Below, piece after piece: positions 20,993 to 29,590 of a stretch of DNA of 64,000 bases. How positions within the stretch are numbered: the stretch's first letter is position 1; each line of letters opens with the position of its first letter. Under the pieces are notes generated by a model. That model saw nothing but the letters and a program-made list of their open reading frames with translations. It ran no database searches and was not told the DNA's origin. The DNA is from Gammaproteobacteria bacterium (GTDB lineage Bacteria > Pseudomonadota > Gammaproteobacteria > Eutrophobiales > Eutrophobiaceae), in contig CBDEUK010000002.1 of assembly GCA_965243205.1 (NCBI GenBank), forward strand, positions 1,398,007 through 1,462,006, written 5' to 3'. Position numbers and translations under genes: made by a program.

Positions 20993-21946
20993 GTGACGCG
21001 TTTTCCAGAACAGCCAAATGATGATTATGCTTTAATCTACCTGGAAAATACTGACCAAGAACTACCGGAAAAACCCAATCCAAATTTACGCTATGCATAT
21101 TTCAAAACCATAGCGCGTGGTGGGAAGGCCATTATCCAATCTTGCAAAGACATGTATCTTTCTAGAACGGTCTGTTACAAAACACTCAAACCTGAATTTG
21201 CCGATGACCCCATAGAGAAAAAACGCTTTTTAAGGGAAGCTCGTGTCAGTGCAATGTTGCAACATCCAAATACGATTCCAACCTATGAACTGGGCCGTGA
21301 TAGTAAGGGGCATTATTACTTCACAATGAAATTAGTTCATGGTTATACATTAAGAGAAATCCTCGATTACCGCGAACGTTACGACTTAAGTCAATTAATC
21401 AATGTTATTACGCAAATCGCTCAAGCATTAGACTATGCACATAGCCACCGAGTTATCCATCGAGATATTAAACCAGAAAATATTTTAGTTGGTCCATTTG
21501 GAGAAGTAGTACTAATGGATTGGGGCTTAGCCAAAGTTTGGAACCCTGATGGAACCAGTCCAGAACCTGAAAGAAAACCAAATTTAACATCCAACGTTAA
21601 AATTTCTTCGATGACCGATACTGAAAATCTTCAAGGTACGATTTCTTATATGTCACCTGAACAATTGCGTCGAGACCCTGATATAGACTTCGCTACTGAC
21701 ATATACAGTTTAGGCACGGTGCTCTATGAAGTGTTAGCCGGGAAACTACCATTTGAAGGACAAACAATCAGTGAATTAAGTAAACAAATACTCGAAGATA
21801 AACCTGCAAAACCGTCGGAGGTAACCACTGCTAACGTTCCAAAGTTATTAGAACAAATAGTGATGCAGTGCATTCAGAAAGAAAGCGATAATCGTTTTAA
21901 TAGCTGTGCAGAAATAATTCGCATGTTAGAAGAAGATTGGAAGTAA
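20993..21946 (+). CDS. stand-alone Hanks-type Ser/Thr protein kinase
   Basis: GTG start. VCYKTLK (Lys), HRDIKPENIL catalytic loop, DWG in place of DFG, and SPEQ in place of APE. Confidence 0.85.
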   Translation: MTRFPEQPNDDYALIYLENTDQELPEKPNPNLRYAYFKTIARGGKAIIQSCKDMYLSRTVCYKTLKPEFADDPIEKKRFLREARVSAMLQHPNTIPTYELGRDSKGHYYFTMKLVHGYTLREILDYRERYDLSQLINVITQIAQALDYAHSHRVIHRDIKPENILVGPFGEVVLMDWGLAKVWNPDGTSPEPERKPNLTSNVKISSMTDTENLQGTISYMSPEQLRRDPDIDFATDIYSLGTVLYEVLAGKLPFEGQTISELSKQILEDKPAKPSEVTTANVPKLLEQIVMQCIQKESDNRFNSCAEIIRMLEEDWK

Positions 21947-21947
21947 A

Positions 21948-21964
21948 CGCACTATTGTTGTGCG
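21948..21964. promoter_or_regulatory. NtrC-box-like palindrome CGCACTATTGTTGTGCG; could instead be the kinase-gene terminator stem
   Basis: GCAC-N7-GTGC, matching 10 of 14 consensus positions. It is followed by TTTTTA, so it can also act as a hairpin terminator. Confidence 0.45.
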
Positions 21965-21989
21965 TTTTTATCCTTTGATTTAGCATATA

Positions 21990-22006
21990 AGCACTGTATT
22001 TGTGCA
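21990..22006. promoter_or_regulatory. NtrC-box-like palindrome AGCACTGTATTTGTGCA
   Basis: GCAC-N7-GTGC, matching 11 of 14 consensus positions. Its centre is 42 bp from box 1 and about 170 bp upstream of the -24 element. Confidence 0.55.
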
Positions 22007-22082
22007 TTATTATTTTTTTTACAAATATTTCTACTCAAATCGTACGTTCATAGTCTAAATACAATATATATAAATTAAAATA

Positions 22083-22095
22083 TAACCTATTGATT
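22083..22095 (-). promoter_or_regulatory. IHF-like site (AATCAATAGGTTA on the minus strand)
   Basis: Fits WATCAANNNNTTR and lies between the NtrC boxes and the sigma54 promoter. A chance match is plausible in this AT-rich DNA. Confidence 0.3.
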
Positions 22096-22168
22096 TTTAA
22101 AAACTATAACCACTACTGACCAATTCTATTTTATTTCCCTAGCCATAATATATAGACTATGCCGCGAC

Positions 22169-22184
22169 TGGAACGCATATTGCT
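22169..22184 (+). promoter_or_regulatory. sigma54 -24/-12 promoter TGGAAC-N5-TTGCT
   Basis: GG and GC have exact consensus spacing (TGGCAC-N5-TTGCW). About 70 nt upstream of the GSII ATG, with a GGAGGA RBS downstream. Confidence 0.7.
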
Positions 22185-22254
22185 GAATAAGTCGCACAAT
22201 TGCGGTTCAAACCTAAAGAAAATACCAACAAAGAGTGGAGGATAATTAAATATC

Positions 22255-23268
22255 ATGAAAAGCAAGTTGGAATATATTTGGCTTGATGGGTACAAGCCTA
22301 CTCAAAGTCTTCGCAGCAAAACCATGGTTAGAGAAGATTTCAGCGGCAAATTAGAAGATTGCCCAATGTGGTCATTTGACGGTAGCTCGACAGAACAAGC
22401 TGAAGGCGGTAGTTCAGATTGTTTATTAAAACCAGTTATGTGTGTCCCAGATCCAGACCGTAAAAACGGTTATCTTGTTATGACCGAGGTATTGAACGCA
22501 GACGGTACTCCACACGAATCAAATGGCCGTGCGACCATTGACGAAGCTGACGACGACGATGATTTCTGGTTTGGTTTCGAACAAGAATACTTCTTATGGG
22601 ATCCTGTTACAGATGTACCTCCTGGCTTCCCTGCAGGCGGTTTCCCACGTCCACAAGGCCCTTACTATTGTTCAGTCGGTGGTAAAAACGCTTATGGCCG
22701 TGAAGTCATCGAAGAACATTTGGATATCTGTTTAGAAGCTGGCTTAAACGTTGAAGGTATCAACGCTGAGGTTGCAGCAGGTCAATGGGAATTCCAAGTA
22801 TTCGCGAAAGGCGCTAAACGTGCTGGTGACGAAACTTGGTTAGGTCGTTATTTCCTAGAACGTACTGCCGAAAAATATGGCTTAGCCATCGAATGGCATC
22901 CTAAACCACTAGGTGATACTGACTGGAACGGTTCTGGTATGCATGCAAACTTCTCAAACGGCGCAATGCGTGAATCTGGTAAAGAAGAAACCTTCACTAA
23001 AATTTGCGATGAGTTTGGTAAGAACATTGAACGTCATATCAGTGTTTATGGCGCTGAAAATGACCAACGTTTAACTGGTGCACACGAAACTCAATCAATC
23101 GATCAATTCAGTTACGGTGTTTCTGACCGTGGTGCTTCTATCCGTATCCCAGTAGGTACAGTTGAAGACGGTTGGAAAGGTCGTTTAGAAGATCGTCGTC
23201 CTGCTTCTAACGCTGATCCATACAAAGTGGCAGCAGCGATTGTGAAAACAACTAAAGAAGCTGGCTAA
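22255..23268 (+). CDS. glnII: type II (eukaryote/rhizobial GlnII-like) glutamine synthetase
   Basis: 337 aa. N-terminus KLEYIWLDGY...LRSKT matches the GSII type as I recall it. GS catalytic blocks are present (FGFEQEYF, NGSGMHANFS). Confidence 0.85.
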   Translation: MKSKLEYIWLDGYKPTQSLRSKTMVREDFSGKLEDCPMWSFDGSSTEQAEGGSSDCLLKPVMCVPDPDRKNGYLVMTEVLNADGTPHESNGRATIDEADDDDDFWFGFEQEYFLWDPVTDVPPGFPAGGFPRPQGPYYCSVGGKNAYGREVIEEHLDICLEAGLNVEGINAEVAAGQWEFQVFAKGAKRAGDETWLGRYFLERTAEKYGLAIEWHPKPLGDTDWNGSGMHANFSNGAMRESGKEETFTKICDEFGKNIERHISVYGAENDQRLTGAHETQSIDQFSYGVSDRGASIRIPVGTVEDGWKGRLEDRRPASNADPYKVAAAIVKTTKEAG

Positions 23269-23295
23269 TCGTTTCATCATTACTCTTCTGAGTAT

Positions 23296-23324
23296 AAAAA
23301 ACCGGGGTTCGCCTCGGTTTTTTT
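23296..23324. terminator. bidirectional rho-independent terminator
   Basis: AAAAAA-CCGGGG-ttcg-CCTCGG-TTTTTTT, between the convergent GSII and methyltransferase genes. Confidence 0.8.
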
Positions 23325-23355
23325 ATACCTGGAATTTGGTGAATACTAACTATTC

Positions 23356-24009
23356 TTAGGAATGGATAATTAAATGTCGATCAGAAACATCTGTAACCTC
23401 TAAATGTTCTAACCCACATGTTTGCAATTGGACTTTTACTTCATCAACTGTAAAAGCTGCCTTTAGAGAATTAAAAAAATCTTTTTGTAATACTTCTGGT
23501 TCATCCTTGGCATATTCATAAACTAACTGTTCAGCGACAGATTCTGATTCTGGTCGCATTAAGTCCATGATAAAAATTTTTGATGATGGATTGCTAAACT
23601 GTTTAACGCCATTCCAAAAATGGAATGGCTCGTGTATATGATGCAACAAACTATTACTGATAATCACATCGTAGTTTTCTAACGGTAACTCAGAGCTTTG
23701 AATCATACTTTGATATAGCTCTATACGATGCTGTAAATCGTGTTTTGCAATTGCTTCTCTACCAAAAGCTAACATCGCTTCTGCACCGTCCAAACCATGA
23801 ATAATCGTTTCAGAAAAAGCCTTAGCAAAGCGAATGCTGATATCCGCTGGCCCACATCCCAAATCCAAAACCAAACCCTGAATAGCTTCTGGAAATGTTT
23901 GCTTAAACAATTCAATGAAATGATTATGCGGTTCAGAGAAATCAGCCATTGCATAGGCTTTGGCTTGTTCGAACTCATTCATGAGTTCTGGTTCGACTAT
24001 TCTTTGCAT
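23356..24009 (-). CDS. class I SAM-dependent methyltransferase
   Basis: VLDLGCGPADIS motif I. Confidence 0.75.
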   Translation of the reverse strand: MQRIVEPELMNEFEQAKAYAMADFSEPHNHFIELFKQTFPEAIQGLVLDLGCGPADISIRFAKAFSETIIHGLDGAEAMLAFGREAIAKHDLQHRIELYQSMIQSSELPLENYDVIISNSLLHHIHEPFHFWNGVKQFSNPSSKIFIMDLMRPESESVAEQLVYEYAKDEPEVLQKDFFNSLKAAFTVDEVKVQLQTCGLEHLEVTDVSDRHLIIHS

Positions 24010-24015
24010 AAATAA

Positions 24016-25266
24016 TTAAGGAAGCAAAACTTCATGCTCAAATAATTCTTCAATCGTTTCCCTTCTACGAATTAAACGAGGCAAGCCTTCTGAAATCATT
24101 ATCTCTGCAACACGAGGCCTCGTGTTGTAATTAGACGCCATAGTAAAACCATAAGCGCCTGCAGAACAAACAGCAATTAAATCATCTTGTTGAATAGCAA
24201 GTTTACGTGCTTTACCTAAGAAATCTCCCGTTTCACAAATAGGGCCAACAATGTCGTATTCGGCTTGCTTAGTATTTGAATTTTCATTCACCGTTAAAAT
24301 TTCATGATACGCACTGTAGAGCGATGGTCGTAACAGATCATTCATTGCGGCATCTACAATCGCAAAGTTTCTATCTTCACCTTGTTTAATGTATTCCACT
24401 TTAGTGACCAGTACTCCTGCGTTACCAACAATCGAACGACCAGGTTCAATTAACACTTCCATGTTTTCATCGTTGAGAGTTTCAATAATTGCCTTAGCAT
24501 AGCTGCTCATCTCAGGAATAGTCTCATCCTGATATTGAATTCCTAAACCACCACCGATATCCACATGCTTTAATTGAATACCTTTGCTACTCAGTTTATT
24601 AATCAATTCGACTAAACGTTTTAATGCATCAATAAATGGTGATATTTCCGTTATCTGCGATCCGATATGGCAATCCACACCAACAATTTCTAAATGTTCC
24701 AATGAATTTGCTAACTCATAAGCTTTGACGGCTTCATCGTATGCAATGCCAAATTTGTTTTCACGTAAACCTGTAGAAATATAAGGATGCGTATTGGCAT
24801 CGACATCGGGATTAATGCGTAATGACACAGGTGCTATTTTATTAATAGAACCTGCAACTGAATTTAAACGATGCAACTCTGCAATTGATTCAACATTAAA
24901 GCATTTAACACCGTACTCAAGAGCCAATTTCATTTCCTGTTCAGTTTTACCAACGCCAGAAAACACCACTTTGTTTACATCACCACCCGCTTTACGGACG
25001 CGTTCTAATTCACCGATTGAAACAATATCGAATCCCGAACCAAGCTTGGCTAATACATTTAAGATAGCAATATTGGAATTGGCTTTAACGGCATAACAGA
25101 CTAAATGCGGATGTTCGCCAAATGCAGAATCATAAGCTAGCCACTGTTGTTCCACGCTATTTCGAGAATAAACATAACACGGTGAACCATATTCATTAGC
25201 AATATCTTGCAATGAAACACCATCAAGGCATAACACACCGTTTTGGTAAGAAAGAGATTCAAACAT
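24016..25266 (-). CDS. lysA: diaminopimelate decarboxylase
   Basis: 416 aa. PLP-Lys block YAVKANSN, HIGSQ, and the EPGR and CESGD-like (CETGD) blocks. Confidence 0.95.
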   Translation of the reverse strand: MFESLSYQNGVLCLDGVSLQDIANEYGSPCYVYSRNSVEQQWLAYDSAFGEHPHLVCYAVKANSNIAILNVLAKLGSGFDIVSIGELERVRKAGGDVNKVVFSGVGKTEQEMKLALEYGVKCFNVESIAELHRLNSVAGSINKIAPVSLRINPDVDANTHPYISTGLRENKFGIAYDEAVKAYELANSLEHLEIVGVDCHIGSQITEISPFIDALKRLVELINKLSSKGIQLKHVDIGGGLGIQYQDETIPEMSSYAKAIIETLNDENMEVLIEPGRSIVGNAGVLVTKVEYIKQGEDRNFAIVDAAMNDLLRPSLYSAYHEILTVNENSNTKQAEYDIVGPICETGDFLGKARKLAIQQDDLIAVCSAGAYGFTMASNYNTRPRVAEIMISEGLPRLIRRRETIEELFEHEVLLP

Positions 25267-25278
25267 GATTGGAGATGA

Positions 25279-25401
25279 TTATTTTTCTTCAGACTCAGTG
25301 GTTTCTTCAGGCAAATACAAATCGCCTTTTTGCCCACACGCAACGGTTCCTAGTAGTAATAGGAACAATAAAGAAATTGTTTTGAAACGAATTGAGTTCA
25401 T
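25279..25401 (-). CDS. lptM: small lipoprotein LptM/YifL-like (40 aa), absent from the supplied ORF track
   Basis: Hand translation: MNSIRFKTISLLFLLLLGTVACGQKGDLYLPEETTESEEK. Lipobox plus the C-G-x-K-G-x-L-Y-L-P motif. Conserved position just upstream of lysA. Confidence 0.8.
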   Translation of the reverse strand: MNSIRFKTISLLFLLLLGTVACGQKGDLYLPEETTESEEK

Positions 25402-25438
25402 TGATAGTTCTAAAGTTGGTTTTTGATAATTGTATACT

Positions 25439-25469
25439 AAAAAAGCCCTATCCGTAATCGAATAGAGCT
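25439..25469 (-). terminator. rho-independent terminator after the 690-aa repeat protein gene
   Basis: Minus strand: AGCTCTAT-loop-ATAGGGCT (one G-U pair) followed by TTTTTT. Confidence 0.6.
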
Positions 25470-25494
25470 TTCAAATAGAAAGAGAGTTTTTTAA

Positions 25495-27567
25495 TTATTT
25501 TTGCTTATGCTTGAATAAAAATAATAGAGATGAGATAAATAACCAAGCTGCCGCAGGCAATGGAACATTAGAAGCAGGAGTTAGTAAAACAACTTTTTCC
25601 TCATATTCTCCCTCAACACCAATCACTAAAATCTGGCCTCGCTCATTCGCTAGATAAGCCTCTTTTAGATAATCCAAATCGATTTCACCTAATTCATCCC
25701 TCAATAATGTACCTAAATCTACAAAGCCATTTTCTACTGTAAAGGCGAAACCTCTTCCATCTAAATATGTGTCGTCTTGCCCCCATAGTATATAAACCCC
25801 GAGAGCTAAGCCATCATCATCTAAATAATAAATTTCACTTTCAGTAAAACCGTCTGAACGTAAAGATACATCAAATGAAAATGTCTGATCGGTATTTGAA
25901 TCATAAAACCAGGCAACTTGGCCATTTTTTTCATTTCCATTATATTTTTGAGAAAGCCCAACGACCTGCCCTATTTCGTTTAAGTCAAAAACTCGACTGT
26001 TTTGTCTTCCATCTGTTCCAGTAAATTCATTTCCAGTTAACCCAATTTGAATAGTGCCAACGCCATTAAATAACCATGAATCAGTATCATTTTGGTATTC
26101 ACCAGTAAAACGGTCGGAAAGACCAATGACGTATCCTTGATTATTGATATCGACTACTTCTGAATTACGTTCTCCTTGGCTACTGGTATGCTCACTATCA
26201 ACTAAACCTATTTGTTTTGTTTCAGAACCATCATAAAACCATGTATCTCTGCCTAGAAAATCTTGTTGATTAAAGCGCATAGAATCTCCAGTTGCCTGTC
26301 CTTGGTCATTGAGCATTTTTGCTTCACTAAATTGAACACCATATTCATCGGTATATTCTTCTCCTATGAAACCTAAACGAACAGTTTTATCGCCATCATA
26401 AACCCAGGCACTCTGACCTCTATGCTCTACTATATCTGGAGTTCCAGCGCCGCTAACAAGGTTATAATGTTCTGAGCCTCCAATAACCTGACCATTTTTA
26501 TTAATTGCCTTTTTGTCACCATTTAGTGGAAATAAAATCTCACTATATTGCCTGCTCTCATTGCTTGTGTGGTATGCATCGGTCAAACCCATTTGAGTGT
26601 AATTTCCTTGATCGTATAACCAAGCTACTTGGCCCGCATCAAATTGATTCAAACGAGTAGATTCTCCAATCACCTGTCCTGCTTCATTGATTGAAAACAC
26701 TCTACTTTGGGTTTCGCCATTGACATCTTCAAATTCTGAACCATTAAGCCCAAGTGCTATTGTCTGATTACCATCATATATCCAAGCATTCGTTCCATCA
26801 CGAAAATCACGCAATGAAAAGTCGTCTGTTTTAAACCTATCGGAATTTCCTATAATAGCGCCTTGAGAATTATAATCGTTCCATGTTGAATTCTGATAGC
26901 CATCACTTGCTCGAGTATGCCTGTCGCCTGTAAATCCTAACTTTTTAGTTTCAATTCCATTGTAAGCCCATACACTATAACCATTATCATTCATCCCATT
27001 AAATCGAGTTGAACTACCTAATACATGAGAAGAACCTACAATTATTTGAGCTTCACTGTATTCAAAACCATCAGATCTTGTGTATTCATCACTAGTAAGA
27101 CCTACTTCTCTTGTTTGGTTGTCATGATAAACCCAAGCGTGCTGACCATGTGATGTTGTAGTACCTGATACATATCTTTCAGAAACGCCTGCTACCCATC
27201 CTTCATTGTTTAGAGCAAAAGCACTGCTTGATTGATAGCCGTTTATATCCGTATATTCTGTGCCTATCAGTCCAACCTGTTTCGTACTGACGCCATCATA
27301 AAACCAAGCACTTTCTTTAGTACTTTCATTTGTGATTGGATCTTCGAAAAAAGTACGTCCAATTACCTGGCCACTATTGTTGAGAGGCTTGGGGCCAGAA
27401 AAAGCAGTAACTAAAGGCACATAGCTAAATACTGGAATATTTTGACCATCACCTTCTAATCCAAGAATTTGGATATCGTAATTTTCGAATAAATCGGCGG
27501 CTTGAGTTGAAAAAACAGCAGAAGCTAAAATAATTGAAATAAATAATCTTTTTGATAATACGTCCAT
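25495..27567 (-). CDS. secreted tandem-repeat protein (HAF-repeat-like) with VPLPA-type PEP-CTERM tail
   Basis: Signal peptide. About 9-10 repeats of about 55-60 aa (AW.YDG..T..GL.G.E.T...G...S....N..GQV.G.S.R). C-terminus reads VPLPAAAWLFISSLLFLFKHKQK. Confidence 0.8.
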   Translation of the reverse strand: MDVLSKRLFISIILASAVFSTQAADLFENYDIQILGLEGDGQNIPVFSYVPLVTAFSGPKPLNNSGQVIGRTFFEDPITNESTKESAWFYDGVSTKQVGLIGTEYTDINGYQSSSAFALNNEGWVAGVSERYVSGTTTSHGQHAWVYHDNQTREVGLTSDEYTRSDGFEYSEAQIIVGSSHVLGSSTRFNGMNDNGYSVWAYNGIETKKLGFTGDRHTRASDGYQNSTWNDYNSQGAIIGNSDRFKTDDFSLRDFRDGTNAWIYDGNQTIALGLNGSEFEDVNGETQSRVFSINEAGQVIGESTRLNQFDAGQVAWLYDQGNYTQMGLTDAYHTSNESRQYSEILFPLNGDKKAINKNGQVIGGSEHYNLVSGAGTPDIVEHRGQSAWVYDGDKTVRLGFIGEEYTDEYGVQFSEAKMLNDQGQATGDSMRFNQQDFLGRDTWFYDGSETKQIGLVDSEHTSSQGERNSEVVDINNQGYVIGLSDRFTGEYQNDTDSWLFNGVGTIQIGLTGNEFTGTDGRQNSRVFDLNEIGQVVGLSQKYNGNEKNGQVAWFYDSNTDQTFSFDVSLRSDGFTESEIYYLDDDGLALGVYILWGQDDTYLDGRGFAFTVENGFVDLGTLLRDELGEIDLDYLKEAYLANERGQILVIGVEGEYEEKVVLLTPASNVPLPAAAWLFISSLLFLFKHKQK

Positions 27568-27644
27568 TTTGAGTCCATTTTCGTGTTTAAAACACTTTTT
27601 ATATACTTTTAATTCTATATTTTTTTGATTTCATTATCATTACT

Positions 27645-28406
27645 TTAACTAACAACAGGAAAAACTCTGCCCACTAAAAATTCTTTTTTGGAGAAGTGAA
27701 ACATGGTTTGTTCATTATCTTTTCGATTATTCAAAATTTTAAAGCTCACTGTTTCTTTAGAAGTCATACAAAATAAACGGCGTTTATTTTGAGGTAGCTT
27801 TTTCTTTAACGCCTTAGGTTTGGTAATGGCTAAATTAAAGCCTTTATCAGGACAACGTGCTGATTCAAATCGAATGCCATCGCAATTATTCTCTCGTAGA
27901 TATGTCCCGACTTGTTGCGTCAGTTCATAGCTATTTTTGGAGATCATATCTTTACGACGTTTTTTAAATGGTGGCTTAGTAACATCCACTGCTAGAGAAC
28001 ATTTATAGGCTGCTTGAAATGCTGTGTGTTGAGTTTGCAATGGATTAGGCGGGGCTTTGCTCATACCTTGCCAGAAAAGAAAACGATAATAAGCAACTTC
28101 AGCTAATACTGTATTAAACGTTTCAGAACCGTAAAAAATACCGCGTTCATTTGCGGTTCCAAAACGCGAGCCCCATCGCAACGGCGGGTAACGAAACGGT
28201 GTTGATAATAAATAATCCAGACCTTTTGTGTCTTCTGGCTGCGAAGGTTTACAACCATCTAACAACTGTTCTAAAACATCTTGTTCCTCAATATTATCGA
28301 CCAAACTCATAGTAGCAATTTGTTCTTGGCTTTCTACCACACGCCAAATATCGCCTTGAAGAATCTCAGTATTAATAGAGCCCCAAGACGAGTTAAATCT
28401 TGCCAC
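27645..28406 (-). CDS. RES-domain toxin
   Basis: RES-type Arg, Ser and Glu blocks (GSRFG, FYGSETF, LAEV). 14-nt overlap with the upstream antitoxin gene. Confidence 0.8.
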   Translation of the reverse strand: MARFNSSWGSINTEILQGDIWRVVESQEQIATMSLVDNIEEQDVLEQLLDGCKPSQPEDTKGLDYLLSTPFRYPPLRWGSRFGTANERGIFYGSETFNTVLAEVAYYRFLFWQGMSKAPPNPLQTQHTAFQAAYKCSLAVDVTKPPFKKRRKDMISKNSYELTQQVGTYLRENNCDGIRFESARCPDKGFNLAITKPKALKKKLPQNKRRLFCMTSKETVSFKILNNRKDNEQTMFHFSKKEFLVGRVFPVVS

Positions 28407-28767
28407 GAATACCGTCCAGGTATCTGGAAACGCTCATGAGTCCTTCCAAGCTTTGAACTTGTTCAATAGGAATTCCGCCTGTGTGCAAATTTTTGGTATG
28501 AAACCAATGTTGCATGGCTTGTTCATCACCACCCATCAAAGCATGCAAAGCACGATAGCAACGGATCAATACCAAGGCTAATTCACCATGTTTGCTATCG
28601 GCTTTTAAACCATTAGCGCGGTATAAACTGCTTTTATTGCGACCCACAATAGCTCCGAGAACTTCAGGTGCAATATCCAAAGCCTTGCCAACATTCATTA
28701 AAGCCTTGCGAACAACACTATCTTGATCAACTGCAGTCGTATTTTTATTGAGGGCTTGAGTAGCCAT
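28393..28767 (-). CDS. Xre-like antitoxin with DUF2384-type C-terminal domain
   Basis: 124 aa, upstream of and overlapping the RES gene. The W-x-x-x-N-x-x-L-x-G-x-x-P block (WFHTKNLHTGGIPIE) is typical of RES-cognate antitoxins. Confidence 0.75.
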   Translation of the reverse strand: MATQALNKNTTAVDQDSVVRKALMNVGKALDIAPEVLGAIVGRNKSSLYRANGLKADSKHGELALVLIRCYRALHALMGGDEQAMQHWFHTKNLHTGGIPIEQVQSLEGLMSVSRYLDGIRGKI

Positions 28768-28930
28768 AATTCACTCCGTTTAGTCTATTACAGAAACACT
28801 AAACATAATTCTTATTTAAGATAATTTAAATATATAATCTTATTTTAGAATTTTCAAGATCATTTCAATTTTGAATTACACATCAGAAACTACGATACTC
28901 TCTGTTTTGAAATGAACTGAAGAATACATC

Positions 28931-29590
28931 ATGCAAGAAGCCGTCATTATTGAACCACAAACTGAACACAAAGCCACGGTTATCTGGCTACACGGCTTAG
29001 GTGCCGATGGTCATGACTTTGAACCAATTGTGCCACAATTAAAATTGGATAAAGAACTTGGGATTCGTTTTATCTTCCCGCATGCACCAATCATGGCAGT
29101 CACCATTAATGGCGGCATGCAAATGCGTGCTTGGTACGATATAAAAAGTCCTGACCTTACTCAGCGTGAAGATTTAGAAACCACAAAAACTTCCTCAGAA
29201 ACGATTAAACGATATATCGAGGCTGAAATAGATTCAGGAATCCCTTCAGAAAAAATTATTATCGCAGGCTTTTCACAAGGCGGTGCGATTTCTTTATATA
29301 CCGGTTTGCGTTTTGATAAACCTCTCGCTGGTATATTAGCGCTTTCTACTTATCTACCCATTAAAGACTCCACTGAATCTGAATTGCATGAAAGTAATAA
29401 GACAACTCAGATCATGCAGATGCATGGCGAGTTTGATCCAATCATTCCAATTTCAACCGCGAAACAAAGTTTTGACTATATGAAACAACTTGGATTAAAC
29501 ATTGAATGGATAGATTACCGTATGGAACATTCAGTTGTACCTGAACAAATACGCGATATTGCGGACTGGATTAATAAGATTTTAAGCTAG
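28931..29590 (+). CDS. carboxylesterase/phospholipase-family alpha/beta hydrolase
   Basis: VIWLHGLGADG and nucleophile elbow GFSQGGA. 219 aa. Confidence 0.85.
   Translation: MQEAVIIEPQTEHKATVIWLHGLGADGHDFEPIVPQLKLDKELGIRFIFPHAPIMAVTINGGMQMRAWYDIKSPDLTQREDLETTKTSSETIKRYIEAEIDSGIPSEKIIIAGFSQGGAISLYTGLRFDKPLAGILALSTYLPIKDSTESELHESNKTTQIMQMHGEFDPIIPISTAKQSFDYMKQLGLNIEWIDYRMEHSVVPEQIRDIADWINKILS

Noticed and set aside
25137-25343. 68-aa minus-strand ORF overlapping the lysA start
   Set aside because: It overlaps the lysA 5' end in another frame. The region is better explained by lysA plus the 40-aa LptM-like gene at 25279-25401.
28830-28860. TAAGAT-N14-ATCTTA inverted repeat as the operator of the RES/Xre pair
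   Set aside because: The arms are only 6 bp in highly AT-rich DNA, where chance occurrence is likely. It is kept only as a remark in the TA finding.
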